Positions 1 to 8,944 of a stretch of 64,000 nt of DNA are shown in pieces. The first letter of the stretch is position 1. Every line of letters starts with the position of its first letter. The notes under the pieces are model-generated. The model made no database searches, was not told the DNA's origin, and was given only the letters and a program-made list of their open reading frames with translations. The DNA lies in contig CAVTFV010000006.1 in NCBI GenBank assembly GCA_963734115.1, forward strand, positions 227,122 to 291,121, in the 5' to 3' direction. This stretch comes from an uncultured Acidobacteriota bacterium. GTDB taxonomy: Bacteria; Actinomycetota; Acidimicrobiia; Spongiisociales; ZC4RG35. The position numbers were made by a program, and so were the translations under genes.

Positions 1-317
1 CACTCGTCCCGGGCGAACCGCCACCCGATCTCGACGGCCGGTGTGAAATCAGTGCGGAACGTCGGGACGGCGAGGCCGCAGAACCCAACCAACCTGGGCG
101 CCCAGGTCGTATTGACCGCCCACAACCCATAGCCGAACTCCTCGAAATGAAGTTCGATCGTCCGCATCATCTGATCCGACTCCTCGGCGGTGAGCACCCG
201 GGGAAAGTGCTCCATCACCTCGGGGTCGGCGTTCAGGGCCGCAAAAGCGGCCCGGTCGTCGTCGCTCCACCTTCGGAGCACCAGGCGCTCGGTGTGGATC
301 GTGGGCCCGGTCTCCAT
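1..317 (-). CDS. GNAT family N-acetyltransferase (RimJ/RimL-like), partial: N-terminal ~105 aa in window, C-terminus beyond the window edge
   Basis: Minus-strand frame is open from the ATG at 317..315 to position 1. The translation is METGPTIHTERLVLRRW...HFPRVLTAEESDQMMRTIELHFEEFGYGLWAVNTTWAPRLVGFCGLAVPTFRTDFTPAVEIGWRFARDEW, which contains the GNAT motif A region (VEIGWR). It is absent from the ORF track because no stop lies inside the window. Confidence 0.55.
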   Translation of the reverse strand, partial: METGPTIHTERLVLRRWSDDDRAAFAALNADPEVMEHFPRVLTAEESDQMMRTIELHFEEFGYGLWAVNTTWAPRLVGFCGLAVPTFRTDFTPAVEIGWRFARDE

Positions 318-381
318 GTGCCCAAGCGTAGGTAAAGCCGATCTGAGCAGGACCTTCACGGTCGGCGAGACCGAGCCGAAA

Positions 382-834
382 TCAGTCGATCTTCTTCCCG
401 ATCTTCTCGGCGGTGTCCTTGACGGAGTCGCCGGCCTTCTTGGCAGCGTCGCCAACTTCATCGACCGCATTGGACGCAGCCTTCTTGGTATTGCCGGCGA
501 CCTTCTCTGCGGTGTCGCCGACCTTGTCCGCCACATCAGAAGCGGCCTTCTTGGCGCCGTCCATCGCGTCCTCGACGAGGACACCTGTTTCCTTCAGTCG
601 GGGGATCACCTGGTCCGCCACATCGGATGCACGGTCATCACCGATGATCGGCCCCAACTTCGACTCGAACTTGGCGCGAGCCTCCGCCTCGGTCAGACCG
701 TAGAAGTCTTTTCTGCGATCCGACATGAACTTGGTGATCGCGGCGACGATCCCCACGACCAGCAGCACCTTGAACAGAGTTCTGAAGGCGTGGCTCTCGT
801 CGGTTGTGTCTGCGATGACTGTGGTGTCTGTCAT
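382..834 (-). CDS. Small membrane-anchored protein (150 aa): one N-terminal TM helix followed by degenerate Ala/Lys/Asp-rich 11-mer repeats (LEA/apolipoprotein-like; possible stress protein)
   Basis: ORF 382..855; internal ATG at 834 is preceded by GGAGGTGAAAAAG (strong SD). TM segment FKVLLVVGIVAAITKF. Repeats of the form KKAASDVADKVGDTAEKVAGNTKKAASNAVDEVGDAAKKAGDSVKDTAEKIG. Confidence 0.6.
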   Translation of the reverse strand: MTDTTVIADTTDESHAFRTLFKVLLVVGIVAAITKFMSDRRKDFYGLTEAEARAKFESKLGPIIGDDRASDVADQVIPRLKETGVLVEDAMDGAKKAASDVADKVGDTAEKVAGNTKKAASNAVDEVGDAAKKAGDSVKDTAEKIGKKID

Positions 835-942
835 CTTTTTCACCTCCATCGCCAACCATACAGATCAGACACCGGGACTTTTCGCGGCTTGACGCCAAGA
901 CCCTTCACCTTGGGGTGGGGCTTGCGTAGGTTCGACCGTGCA

Positions 943-1599
943 GTGATTCGACGGTTGGTCGCCGGCCTGATCGTGGTGGGCTTGGCATTCGGGATCTGGG
1001 CCCTGTGGCCTCGGGAGAACTCAGATCCCTCCCCTACGACTGTGCCTACCGCGATCGAGACAACAACCACGACGCTCGTGACAACGACCACCACTGCCGC
1101 TCCCACGACCTCCACGACCGAGGACACCCATGTCGTGGCCAGCGTCGAGGAGGCGGAGGAGATCCTGCGCACCCTCTGGTTCGGCTGGTTCGAAGGGATC
1201 TACAACCAGGACGAGAACCGGATACGTGAGGTGGTTGGGACTCAGGCGATGTTGGACGCGGCGCGGGAATCAGTTCGGGGTCATGGACTTTCACCGCACA
1301 ACCTCCTATCGAAGCGATGTCTATCGACTCAGACGGAAATCCTCAGATCGGACGAAGAGTGCCTCGTTGTTTGGATGGGCATCGATGTGCAGCGCCTTCA
1401 GGGGGGAGGTCGACAATCGCAGATGGTGACGGTGGCTCGTAGAGCCGATGACGATGTGGGTGTTGGCTTCTCACTTGGACGCACAGGGATGACCTATGGG
1501 ACGCAGATTGCGAGTCGGAGCTGCAGCCGGTTTCGTAATCGTCGCGGTTACCTCCGCGTTGCCGGCGATGGCTCAGGACCTATACGGCTTGTTGGGTGA
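943..1599 (+). CDS. Membrane-anchored hypothetical protein with a Thr-rich linker (signal-anchor RRLVAGLIVVGLAFGIWALW, then TTTTLVTTTTTAAPTTSTT, then a globular C-terminal part)
   Basis: In-frame GTG at 943 inside the long ORF 190..1599. The upstream part of that ORF is antisense to the 382..834 gene and is rejected. The 3-prime ~100 nt overlap the next gene in another frame, so the end is uncertain. Confidence 0.4.
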   Translation: MIRRLVAGLIVVGLAFGIWALWPRENSDPSPTTVPTAIETTTTTLVTTTTTAAPTTSTTEDTHVVASVEEAEEILRTLWFGWFEGIYNQDENRIREVVGTQAMLDAARESVRGHGLSPHNLLSKRCLSTQTEILRSDEECLVVWMGIDVQRLQGGGRQSQMVTVARRADDDVGVGFSLGRTGMTYGTQIASRSCSRFRNRRGYLRVAGDGSGPIRLVG

Positions 1600-2341
1600 C
1601 TACCGAGAGAAACCCAGTGACGCTCGGCCGTCGACCAGACTCACACGATGTCGCATCTCCGGCGGCGACGTCGTCGACTACGCCAATGACGACTCGGTTC
1701 CTTCCCGGCTCTATCCGAACATCGGGTTCGACCTGCTGGGCGAATGCTGGTACGTCACCAGCGCCGAGACCGACTACCAAATCATCCCGCTGAACCCCGA
1801 CGGCGGGGCAGAGCTCGTCCTGATCGTGGACGGTTCCCCTGGCCCGGCCGGATACTTTCGCCGTTGTACCTCGGAGCCGGGCGTTGCTGTCGACCCGTCG
1901 GCAGAGGCGTGGGAATACGTGGCCTCCTATGTCCATCCGCCCCCGACCCCTGACCTGAATCCAATTCCGGGCGATGGGGTCACGGGGCTCGAGACATTCG
2001 TGGGTGTGCCCATCCCAGGCGTCCATGACACCCAGCTGGCGAGCGGCACAGGCGCCACGCTCGACATCCATATCGAGGTGAGCGGGGTTGTCGTCGATTG
2101 GGGTGACGATCGAGTCGACACGTTCGCGGCCGACCAGGCCATCCTCGCCGGGTATCCGGACGGCGGTGCCAGACACATCTACGAGGTCAAGGACCTGGCC
2201 GGATACGACCTGTCCATCTCCTATGCGTGGACGGCGCGCTGGCGGGTGGCCGGCGAGGACTGGGAGCTTCTCGACGTGCCCGACACGACCACCTCGATCG
2301 CCTATCCGGTTGCCGAGATCGTCTCGGTCATAACCGACTAG
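1496..2341 (+). CDS. Secreted hypothetical protein (281 aa) with a cleavable signal peptide MGRRLRVGAAAGFVIVAVTSALPAMAQ
   Basis: Complete ORF with a Sec signal peptide and AxA-like cleavage motif (AMAQ). No recognisable catalytic motif. Confidence 0.55.
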   Translation: MGRRLRVGAAAGFVIVAVTSALPAMAQDLYGLLGDYREKPSDARPSTRLTRCRISGGDVVDYANDDSVPSRLYPNIGFDLLGECWYVTSAETDYQIIPLNPDGGAELVLIVDGSPGPAGYFRRCTSEPGVAVDPSAEAWEYVASYVHPPPTPDLNPIPGDGVTGLETFVGVPIPGVHDTQLASGTGATLDIHIEVSGVVVDWGDDRVDTFAADQAILAGYPDGGARHIYEVKDLAGYDLSISYAWTARWRVAGEDWELLDVPDTTTSIAYPVAEIVSVITD

Positions 2342-2365
2342 GAGCACGCTCATAGGGTTTCGCAG

Positions 2366-3234
2366 ATGACACTTCTGATCGGCACCGCCGCCGGGATGTT
2401 CGCTCTCGACAGTCCGGCAAGCCCAGTGGTCGCCGACACAAGCGATCAACCACATCGCCCGAGACGGCGAGGGCTGGTGGGCAGTGGACGGTGATGCTCG
2501 GATCCACCACAACGGTCAAGTCGTTGCCAGTGGTCCCGCACGACGCCACTCTCAATTGCGTCCTGCCAGTCGAGGAGACCATCTGGGTCGGCGCATCCAG
2601 CGCTCGGTTGTACCGGATCGACGGCGATGCACTCATCGAAGACCAGGGCTTCGCCAAGGCTCCGGGGCGGGCCGATTGGTACACGCCTTGGGGTGGCCCT
2701 CCTGATGTGAGATCCATGGCTGTCGACGGAGCGGGCACCCTGTTCCTCAACGTCCACGTTGGGGGCATCCTTCGTTACGACGACGCCGGCCCGAGTCCCA
2801 CCCTCGACATGGATTCGGATGTCCATCAGGTGATCGCGGATCCCTCCGTCGAGGGGCGAGTGCTGGCGGCCTGTGCTCGCGGTCTGGCACAGTCGGCCGA
2901 TGGCCAGGTCTTCACCTATCGCGACGAGGGTCTGCATGCGCCCTATTGCCGGGCGGTGGCATTCATCGGCGACACCGTGCTCATCTCGGCCTCGACCGGG
3001 CCGAGGTCGAACAAGGCCCGGCTCTACCGGGGAGACCTGACGACCGGACCCTTCGAGCACTGTCGAAACGGGCTCCCCGAGTGGTTCGACGACAACGTCG
3101 ATAGCCATTGCCTCGCAGTCGTCGACGGCTCGGTTTACGCCGGTCATGGCGGCACCGTTTGGAGATCAGACGACCACGGCGACAACTGGGCCGAGGCGGT
3201 TTCCGGCCTTCCTCACATCAACTGTCTGGCCTGA
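2366..3234 (+). pseudogene. BNR/Ycf48-like beta-propeller (sialidase-like glycosyl hydrolase superfamily) protein, split over three frames by two frameshifts near 2485-2495
   Basis: N-terminus MTLLIGTAAGMFALD (typical of BNR-repeat proteins) lies in frame 2 and stops at 2491. It continues as IARDGEGWWAVDGDARIHHNG in frame 0, and the main body (ORF 2491..3234, 247 aa) is in frame 1 with WYTPWGG/GTVWRSDDHGDNW propeller-like motifs. Confidence 0.45.
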
Positions 3235-3242
3235 AATGCGAA

Positions 3243-3268
3243 AGAGGGGCCACCGAGGTGGCCCCTCT
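3243..3268. terminator. Perfect GC-rich hairpin (AGAGGGGCCACC-GAG-GTGGCCCCTCT) between convergent genes; likely bidirectional terminator
   Basis: 12-bp perfect stem with a 3-nt loop, 9 bp after the stop of the + gene at 3234. On the minus strand it is followed by TTTCGCATTTC, downstream of the methyltransferase gene ending at 3398. Confidence 0.5.
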
Positions 3269-3397
3269 CACACTGGAGGAGGAAGAAAGTCCGAAGCTTG
3301 AGCTACTGACTTACCCCCATTGATTCGGCACCAGATCTGCCGGCTGAAGGGGTCGAACGACCCAATTGTCAGACCTTCGTCGCCAGCACCGACCACA

Positions 3398-4185
3398 TCA
3401 GGGGCAACGCTCCCGTCGATCAGGCAGACGCCACAGGCCGTCCTCTTCCTGGATCATCATGGGCAGGCCCTGCCATTCGCATTCGTCGTATTCCTCGACC
3501 CGGTCGATGCGCAGCCCGGCGCTGATCAAGGCATCCAGGGTCTCGCCGATGCCGTGGTTCCACCCGTAGTTGAGCGGGCTCCCGACCACACCCACTCCGG
3601 CATAGGTCTCGGTCTCTTCCTCACCCTCCGGCTCTTCGGTCTCGAAGTATGCGACGGTGGCCCGAAGCTCCTGGGGGTCGAGCCAATCCATCGCCCACAT
3701 CATGGGATGCCCCTCCCGCATGTAAAAGGTCCCGCCGGAGGCGAGGAAGTGTGCGACCACGTCTGCCCATTCCCTGATCTTCGGTATCCAGCAGATGGCG
3801 CCCACCCCGGTGTAGACGACATCGAAGGTCCCGTCGATCACATCCGGCGTGTCGTACAGCTCGGAGACCATCGAATCGGGCCGGAGTCCCGGACTGCTCG
3901 CTGAGATGCCTGGCCGCCTCGACCGATCGTTCCGACAGATCGGTGCCGGTCACTGTCGCCCCGAGCCGGGCCCACGAGATGGTGTCCGTCCCGATGTGAC
4001 ATTGCAGATGGAGCAGTGTCTTACCCGAAACGTCGAGTTTGTCCTTGTCGTAGGTGACGACTCCGCTCAGGTGTGTTGGGTCCGCGATGAACCTGGCGAC
4101 CCCGTACTCGTCTGAGTCCGTAGTGGATGGGGACACGAGCGTCCCAATTGGCCCGATTGGCCTCGCGGTAGTGGTCGAGCGGCAT
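3398..4185 (-). pseudogene. Class I SAM-dependent methyltransferase, interrupted by two frameshifts (about 4120 and about 3880)
   Basis: Three consecutive minus-strand frame segments: MPLDHYREANRANWDARVPIH (frame of ORF 4021..4410); SDEYGVARFIADPTHLSGVVTYDKDKLDVSGKTLLHLQCHIGTDTISWARLGATVTGTDLSERSVEAARHLSEQSG (ORF 3621..4217, SAM-binding motif I region); MVSELYDTPDVIDGTFDVVYTGVGAICWIP...FLASGGTFYMREGH (ORF 3398..3871, motif II/III region). Confidence 0.5.
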
Positions 4186-4329
4186 GGGCGAGTATGGCGG
4201 CGTAACGTCGTCCACACGGAGGAAATATGGCCCGTGTGACCGGCATCGGCGGCGTGTTCTTCCGCCTCCGGGCAGGTAGACGTTCAAGGAGTCCCGGGGT
4301 GGGAGATGAAGTCCCAGGCCTGGTCTCGC

Positions 4330-5414
4330 CCCAGGCCACGGGGACCGAGACGACGTCCGTCGGTGATCCGTCCTCGGCCGAGTGCCAGAAGACACGGATC
4401 GTCTCCCCACCGACGAACGGGTAATCGATCAGAAGGTGAAAGCTCCCCAGCATCCGGTGCCACAAGTGGCGGTGGCGAAGTCTTCATGGACCACGTTGCC
4501 GCCGGCATCCACGACTTCCAGACTCACCGTCGCCTCGAATACATTGGCAAAGCCGGTGACAGCGAGCGGTGCATTACCTGAACCGGATGCCGCCGAGTCG
4601 AGGTTGACCGAGTTGAGCTGATCGAGGAAGGCGTCCCGGCCCACCGGCTCGGCTCAGGTCGAGACCCTCCGTCCCGAAGGCGGTGACAGGCTGGCCGCCG
4701 ACCGTGAAGAGCACCTCGGAGATCTCCTCACCGTCGCTGGCGGTGTAGATCAACTGGTTGAGCATCGTCATGTCGGCGAGCAGGCCACCGGCGCCGTCGA
4801 GGAATGCCTCGTTCATGTCGACGGTGACGATCTGATCGCTCCGGGTGACACTCACAACCTCGACCGGCATCCGGGATGGAAGACTCGAATCCATCAGGCA
4901 GGAACAGCTCATCTGCAGTCAAGAGCTGCAATGCGGCGAGAGTGTCGTCAGCTTCTTGCGGTGGATAGGCGGTAGCAAAGAACGGCACCAGCGCCGGGTT
5001 ACCGGTGTTCGAGTTCTCGGGTGATTGGGTCAGGAAGACGAACACGGGCCTGGGCTCGTTCAGGACGGCGGTGCTCGTGGTCGCCGGGATAGTCGTGGTT
5101 GTCACCGTCGGCTCCGTGGTGACCGTCGTCGAGGCCTCAGGCTGGGTAGTGACCGTGGTCGGCACCGTCGAGGTCGTGGACGAGGCGACCGGGTCGACGT
5201 CGCCACCTCCCCTGGAGAGGAAGATCGGGATTGCGGCCAGCAGCAACACCACCAGGGCGGCTCCGGCAAACACGAGGACCGGACGGGGCTTGGAATCTTC
5301 ACGCTGGGTCACCGAAACCTCCTCAGGGAAAGGCGGGGGCTCCGGTGACATCGCCACCAGCCGGTCCGCAAGCTCTTTCATCTTTCGATCGTCTTTTCCG
5401 CTCATGACAGCCAC
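4330..5414 (-). pseudogene. Membrane-spanning anti-sigma factor with extracytoplasmic GerMN and Gmad2 (Ig-like) domains, cognate to the upstream ECF sigma; split over at least 4 frames. The 3-prime end is approximate
   Basis: ORF 4728..5414 has a cytoplasmic N-terminus, a TM helix (VLVFAGAALVVLLLAAIPIFL) and a Thr-rich linker. ORF 4574..4912 has a GerMN-like segment (VEVVSVTRSDQIVTVDMNEAFLDGAGG...VLFTVGGQPV). ORF 4429..4644 and ORF 4067..4465 have Gmad2-like segments (ATCGTGCWGAFTF; ETIRVFWHSAEDGSPTDVVSVPV). The start overlaps the sigma gene stop, which is the typical sigma/anti-sigma coupling. Confidence 0.45.
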
Positions 5415-5878
5415 TCCTCGAGGTGCTTTCGGGCGCGGGCCAAATGACGCTTCACAGCGCCCGGTGAGATCCCCATTTGCTCAGCAACGGAATCCACCGG
5501 GAGGTCGGCCCAATAGGTGAGCAGCACGGCGGCTCGCTGCTGCACCGAGAGGCGTTCCACCGCCTGCAGGACGTCGACATCGACCTCGTGTTGGGGAGAG
5601 GACTCCGGCGTCGCCGTCTTCATCTCCCGGAGCCGCCGCGACAGCGTGCTCCGATGGTGATCATTCGCCACGCTGAGCACGGCTCGGTAGAGGTAGGCCC
5701 TTCTATTGGTGACCTCGGGCCATTTCTTGGCCGAGAACGCCTTGAGACAGGCGTCGGTCACTACATCCGCGGCGTCGAATGGCCCAACCAGGCCAGTCGC
5801 ATACCTGGTGAGCTCGACGGCGTACGACCGATATACCTGCTCGTTGTCCATCACACCTGTGGCGGTGATCATGCCCAT
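5402..5878 (-). CDS. ECF-type RNA polymerase sigma-70 factor (158 aa)
   Basis: Region 2 (AVELTRYATGLVG...DVVTDACLKAF) and region 4 HTH (LPVDSVAEQMGISPGAVKRHLARARKHL). Followed by the anti-sigma gene, which is translationally coupled. Confidence 0.85.
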   Translation of the reverse strand: MGMITATGVMDNEQVYRSYAVELTRYATGLVGPFDAADVVTDACLKAFSAKKWPEVTNRRAYLYRAVLSVANDHHRSTLSRRLREMKTATPESSPQHEVDVDVLQAVERLSVQQRAAVLLTYWADLPVDSVAEQMGISPGAVKRHLARARKHLEEWLS

Positions 5879-5964
5879 GAGACGGAGCCGGGCCGGGTAT
5901 TGGGTGACAGCCCGTTAGGAAATGTGCGATCGGGGCCTGAGCGTGCAACGGCATACTGGGAACG

Positions 5965-6576
5965 ATGACGGGAAGGGGCCCGGATCGGGCTGCACTGAAC
6001 ACCTACCGCATCGAGACTCAGAGGCTCATCCTCGAGGTGCCTGCCGAGTCCGACGCCCCCACGCTGTTCGCTCTAGTGGGCGGTGAGGACCGACTCGAGG
6101 TCACCGCCGGTCTCCTCTGGGACGGGCCTGATGAAGTATCCGAGACCCTCGGATTCATCAGACAGGCGCAGACCGAGCGCTATGGCGACAGTGGATTTCA
6201 CTGGGCCCTCCGCGACCGCACCGGGACCATCTCGGGCTCCTCCGGAAGCGCCCTCGGCATGATCAGCGCCAGACCGAGCGGCGAGGCGGGGCGCGGAGAC
6301 GTCGGCTATTGGCTGGGGAAGCCGTATTGGGGGCAAGGGTTGATGAGCGAGGCGCTCGCCGCGGTGCTCGACCTCTGTTTCGGGGAGCTCGACCAGGTCA
6401 AGGTCGAGGCCGAGATCTTCACCACCAATGCCAGGAGCAAACGACTCGTCGAGAGCCTCGGGATGCAGCTCGAGGGGACCATCCGGTCTTCCCACCACAA
6501 ACGTGGGGAATGGGTCGACGCCCACATCTACGGGATCCTCCGCGAGGAGTGGCACCGGGCCCGACAGGAGTCTTGA
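5965..6576 (+). CDS. GNAT family N-acetyltransferase (RimJ/RimL-like, 203 aa)
   Basis: Intact ORF with GNAT motifs (GYWLGKPYWGQGLMSEALAAVLDLCFGELD). Confidence 0.8.
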   Translation: MTGRGPDRAALNTYRIETQRLILEVPAESDAPTLFALVGGEDRLEVTAGLLWDGPDEVSETLGFIRQAQTERYGDSGFHWALRDRTGTISGSSGSALGMISARPSGEAGRGDVGYWLGKPYWGQGLMSEALAAVLDLCFGELDQVKVEAEIFTTNARSKRLVESLGMQLEGTIRSSHHKRGEWVDAHIYGILREEWHRARQES

Positions 6577-6654
6577 CCGCTTCTTGAATAACACGCTGAT
6601 GCGGCCATGACCCTGCTTCTCGGACAGTAGGACCAACCGAAAAGGAGGTCCTAC

Positions 6655-7016
6655 ATGTTCAGAAAAGGTCTCGGCATATTCACGGCGGTAGCGGTCGCCT
6701 TGGTCGTGGTTGGTGTGGCATGGGCTGCGTCAGGAGACGATGGAGAAAACGACTCCAACTCCGAACCGGAGGTACCACGGCGACTACGAGGGTCTTACCA
6801 TCGTCGTCCCTGGTTACCGGCCCAACTTCCACCAGTCTCGACGACGCCGCATCGACGAGTCTCGATGACAGCAACACGAGCAGCACGATCGACGACAACG
6901 GCGGAGGTCGAGGCGGCAACGACGACCCAGCCGGTGACGACAACGACGGAGGTCGAGGCGGCAACGACGACCCAGCCGGTGACGACAACGGCGGCCACGG
7001 CGGCGACGACGGCTGA
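6655..7016 (+). CDS. Secreted Ser/Thr-rich and Asp/Gly/Asn-rich acidic low-complexity protein, copy 1 of a tandem paralogous pair; one frameshift near 6775
   Basis: RBS AAAAGGAGGTCC, then ATG. Signal-peptide-like N-terminus MFRKGLGIFTAVAVALVVVGVAWAASGDD. After the frameshift it continues in the frame of ORF 6720..7016 as TTATTRVLPSSSLVTGPTSTSLDDAASTSLDDSNTSSTIDDNGGGRGGNDDPAGDDNDGGRGGNDDPAGDDNGGHGGDDG, which is colinear with copy 2. Confidence 0.5.
6903..6992. repeat. Direct tandem repeat, 45 bp x 2 (ggaggtcgaggcggcaacgacgacccagccggtgacgacaacg), encoding the GGRGGNDDPAGDDND unit
   Basis: Identical 43-45 nt units start at 6903 and 6948. Confidence 0.6.
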
Positions 7017-7173
7017 ACGTCGGTTCGAGCCCACCCGAACGACCGCCCCAACTCCTGGGGGCGGTCGTTCATCTGTGTTCCACATCGTCTTGAGGTCTTC
7101 TTGAAAGACCCCTGATGCGGTGATGAGCCGCCATCTCTGACACTGGGACCAGGAACCTAAAAGGAGGTCCTCG

Positions 7174-7673
7174 ATGTTCAGAAAGATGATCGGTGTGTTC
7201 ACGGCGGTGGCGGCCGCGCTGCTACTGGTAGGCGTGGCGTTTGCATCGGGTGACGACGTCACCGATGACTCTGTCCCGGGCTCGCAGGGAACGACGGCGG
7301 GTTCGAACGTGTCGTCGTCATCGTCACTGGCGACCGGCTCTACCAACACCAGCCTGGACGACAGAACGTCGACGAGCCTTGAAGACAACGCGACCAGTAC
7401 GAGCCTCGATGACAACTCCACCACGAGCATCAGCCTGGTAGATACATCATCGACCAGCACCACTGTCGACACGACGACCAGCACCAGCGTGGACGACAAT
7501 CGACGCACAGCATCGATGATCGGGGCGGCGACGACAACAGCGGCCACGGCAACGGCGACGATGCCGGGGACGATGACAACAGCGGCCCCGGGAACAGCCA
7601 TGACGACCGAGACGGGGACGACAACAGCGGCCACGGCAACGGTGGCCATGACGACGACGGGGACCGGGGTTAG
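7174..7673 (+). CDS. Secreted Ser/Thr-rich and Asp/Gly-rich acidic protein, copy 2 of the tandem pair; one frameshift near 7500
   Basis: Almost identical RBS and start (AAAAGGAGGTCCTCGATGTTCAGAAAG). N-terminus MFRKMIGVFTAVAAALLLVGVAFASGDD, then ...SLDDRTSTSLEDNATSTSLDDN.... The C-terminal acidic tail SIDDRGGDDNSGHGNGDDAGDDDNSGPGNSHDDRDGDDNSGHGNGGHDDDGDRG is read in the -1 frame and ends at TAG 7671-7673. Confidence 0.5.
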
Positions 7674-8944
7674 ACCGGAGGTCCCAGCCAGACCCGAACG
7701 ACCGCTCCACCACCGGGGCGGTCGTTCATTTCCATCGCCCCACCTACTGATTCGGCGGTCCGTCGGACGATATCGAGCCCGAGCCCTGTCGAGCCGGCAC
7801 CGCTAACACCTCGCTCCGCGAGTCTCCTCGACGCGAATCCCGGTCCGTGATCGCTTACTTCGAGCCAAGGTCGGTCATCCACTGCCCCCACAGTCACGTC
7901 GAACGGGATTCCGGGATCTGTGTGGGAGAAGACATTCCCGATCAGCGCATCGACGACCGCCTCCACTGCTTCCTGCGATAGAGCCACCGGCGGGTGATCA
8001 TCCACATGCAGTGTCATCACCCTCCTTTGTTCCTCGGCCAACACCGCCCAGAACGAACACCGGGCTGTCACCACCGAGGAGAGGTCGGAGACACCGCCCC
8101 GACCAAGGGGCGCTGACCTGGTGGCCACTATGAGCTCGTCGATGGCCTGCTCGAGTCGGTCCACCTGACTCAGTACCTCGACGCGTTCGTCGTCGTCGGT
8201 CAGCTTCTCCGCCTGGAGTCTCAGCGATGTCAGTGGCGTGCGAAGGCGATGGGATAGGTCGGCCGCGGCCTCGCGCTCATCGGCAATCAGCTCCTCGAGC
8301 CGCCCGGCCAGCCAGTTGAACGACTCGCCGACTTCCCGTATCTCCTCGGGCTCGCCGACTTCAACACGTGCATCCAGATCCCCCTCGCCAAGCTGTCTCG
8401 CAGTCGAGGCCAGGTCGCTGATCGGCCGGACCAGGCGCTGACCCAGGCGATCGGCCACCCAGACCGCGATGGCCACCAACAACACGCCGAGGAGCGCCAA
8501 GAGGAGCCAGGCCTCGGCCACACCGTGGGTGAGCGTCTCGTCGGTGACGAAAACGTTGACGACCGCCGTGCCCGCCACTCCGATGACGGGAAGGGCATAT
8601 TCCCAACCACCTTCGACATCAGCGGAGATCGTGGCCTGTCGCTCGACCGAAGTCGGCACCAGGGTGCCCTGTCCGGTGATTGGCTCGCCGAGCACCGACC
8701 CGTCCGGGAGCACGACGATGGTCCCCGGATCGAGTGGCCCGAGTGCCGACTCGATGGCGCCGACGTCCTCGTTCAGACTCACGGTCAGGGCCAGGAGCGC
8801 AGCCGTCGATTGCGCGGTCCGCTCCGCCTCGAGCCGGGCCTGATCGCCGGCTTGTCGCCGGACCAGAAGGCCCAAGGGGATGAGAAGGGAGATCACGACG
8901 AGGCCGGTGGTGGCCAGGCTGAGGAGAGCGAGTCGTCGTCTCAC
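7670..8944 (-). CDS. Two-component sensor histidine kinase (N-terminal TM, HAMP, HisKA, HATPase_c)
   Basis: H-box SHRLRTPLTSLRL. G-boxes DHGPGF and GSTGLGLDIV. GTG start at 8944 overlaps the response-regulator stop (GTGA). Confidence 0.8.
   Translation of the reverse strand: MRRRLALLSLATTGLVVISLLIPLGLLVRRQAGDQARLEAERTAQSTAALLALTVSLNEDVGAIESALGPLDPGTIVVLPDGSVLGEPITGQGTLVPTSVERQATISADVEGGWEYALPVIGVAGTAVVNVFVTDETLTHGVAEAWLLLALLGVLLVAIAVWVADRLGQRLVRPISDLASTARQLGEGDLDARVEVGEPEEIREVGESFNWLAGRLEELIADEREAAADLSHRLRTPLTSLRLQAEKLTDDDERVEVLSQVDRLEQAIDELIVATRSAPLGRGGVSDLSSVVTARCSFWAVLAEEQRRVMTLHVDDHPPVALSQEAVEAVVDALIGNVFSHTDPGIPFDVTVGAVDDRPWLEVSDHGPGFASRRLAERGVSGAGSTGLGLDIVRRTAESVGGAMEMNDRPGGGAVVRVWLGPPV

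Noticed and set aside
190-942. 5-prime 750 nt of the long + strand ORF 190..1599
   Set aside because: Antisense to the well-supported 382..834 gene (strong RBS, TM + repeat protein) and to the GNAT fragment. Only the part from GTG 943 onward looks like a real signal-anchor protein. High-GC DNA generates long spurious antisense ORFs.
1580-2512. 310-aa minus-strand ORF
   Set aside because: Antisense to the signal-peptide protein 1496..2341. Arg/Pro/Gly-rich composition typical of an out-of-frame GC-rich translation.
3320-3904. 194-aa plus-strand ORF
   Set aside because: Antisense to the methyltransferase fragments. No motifs.
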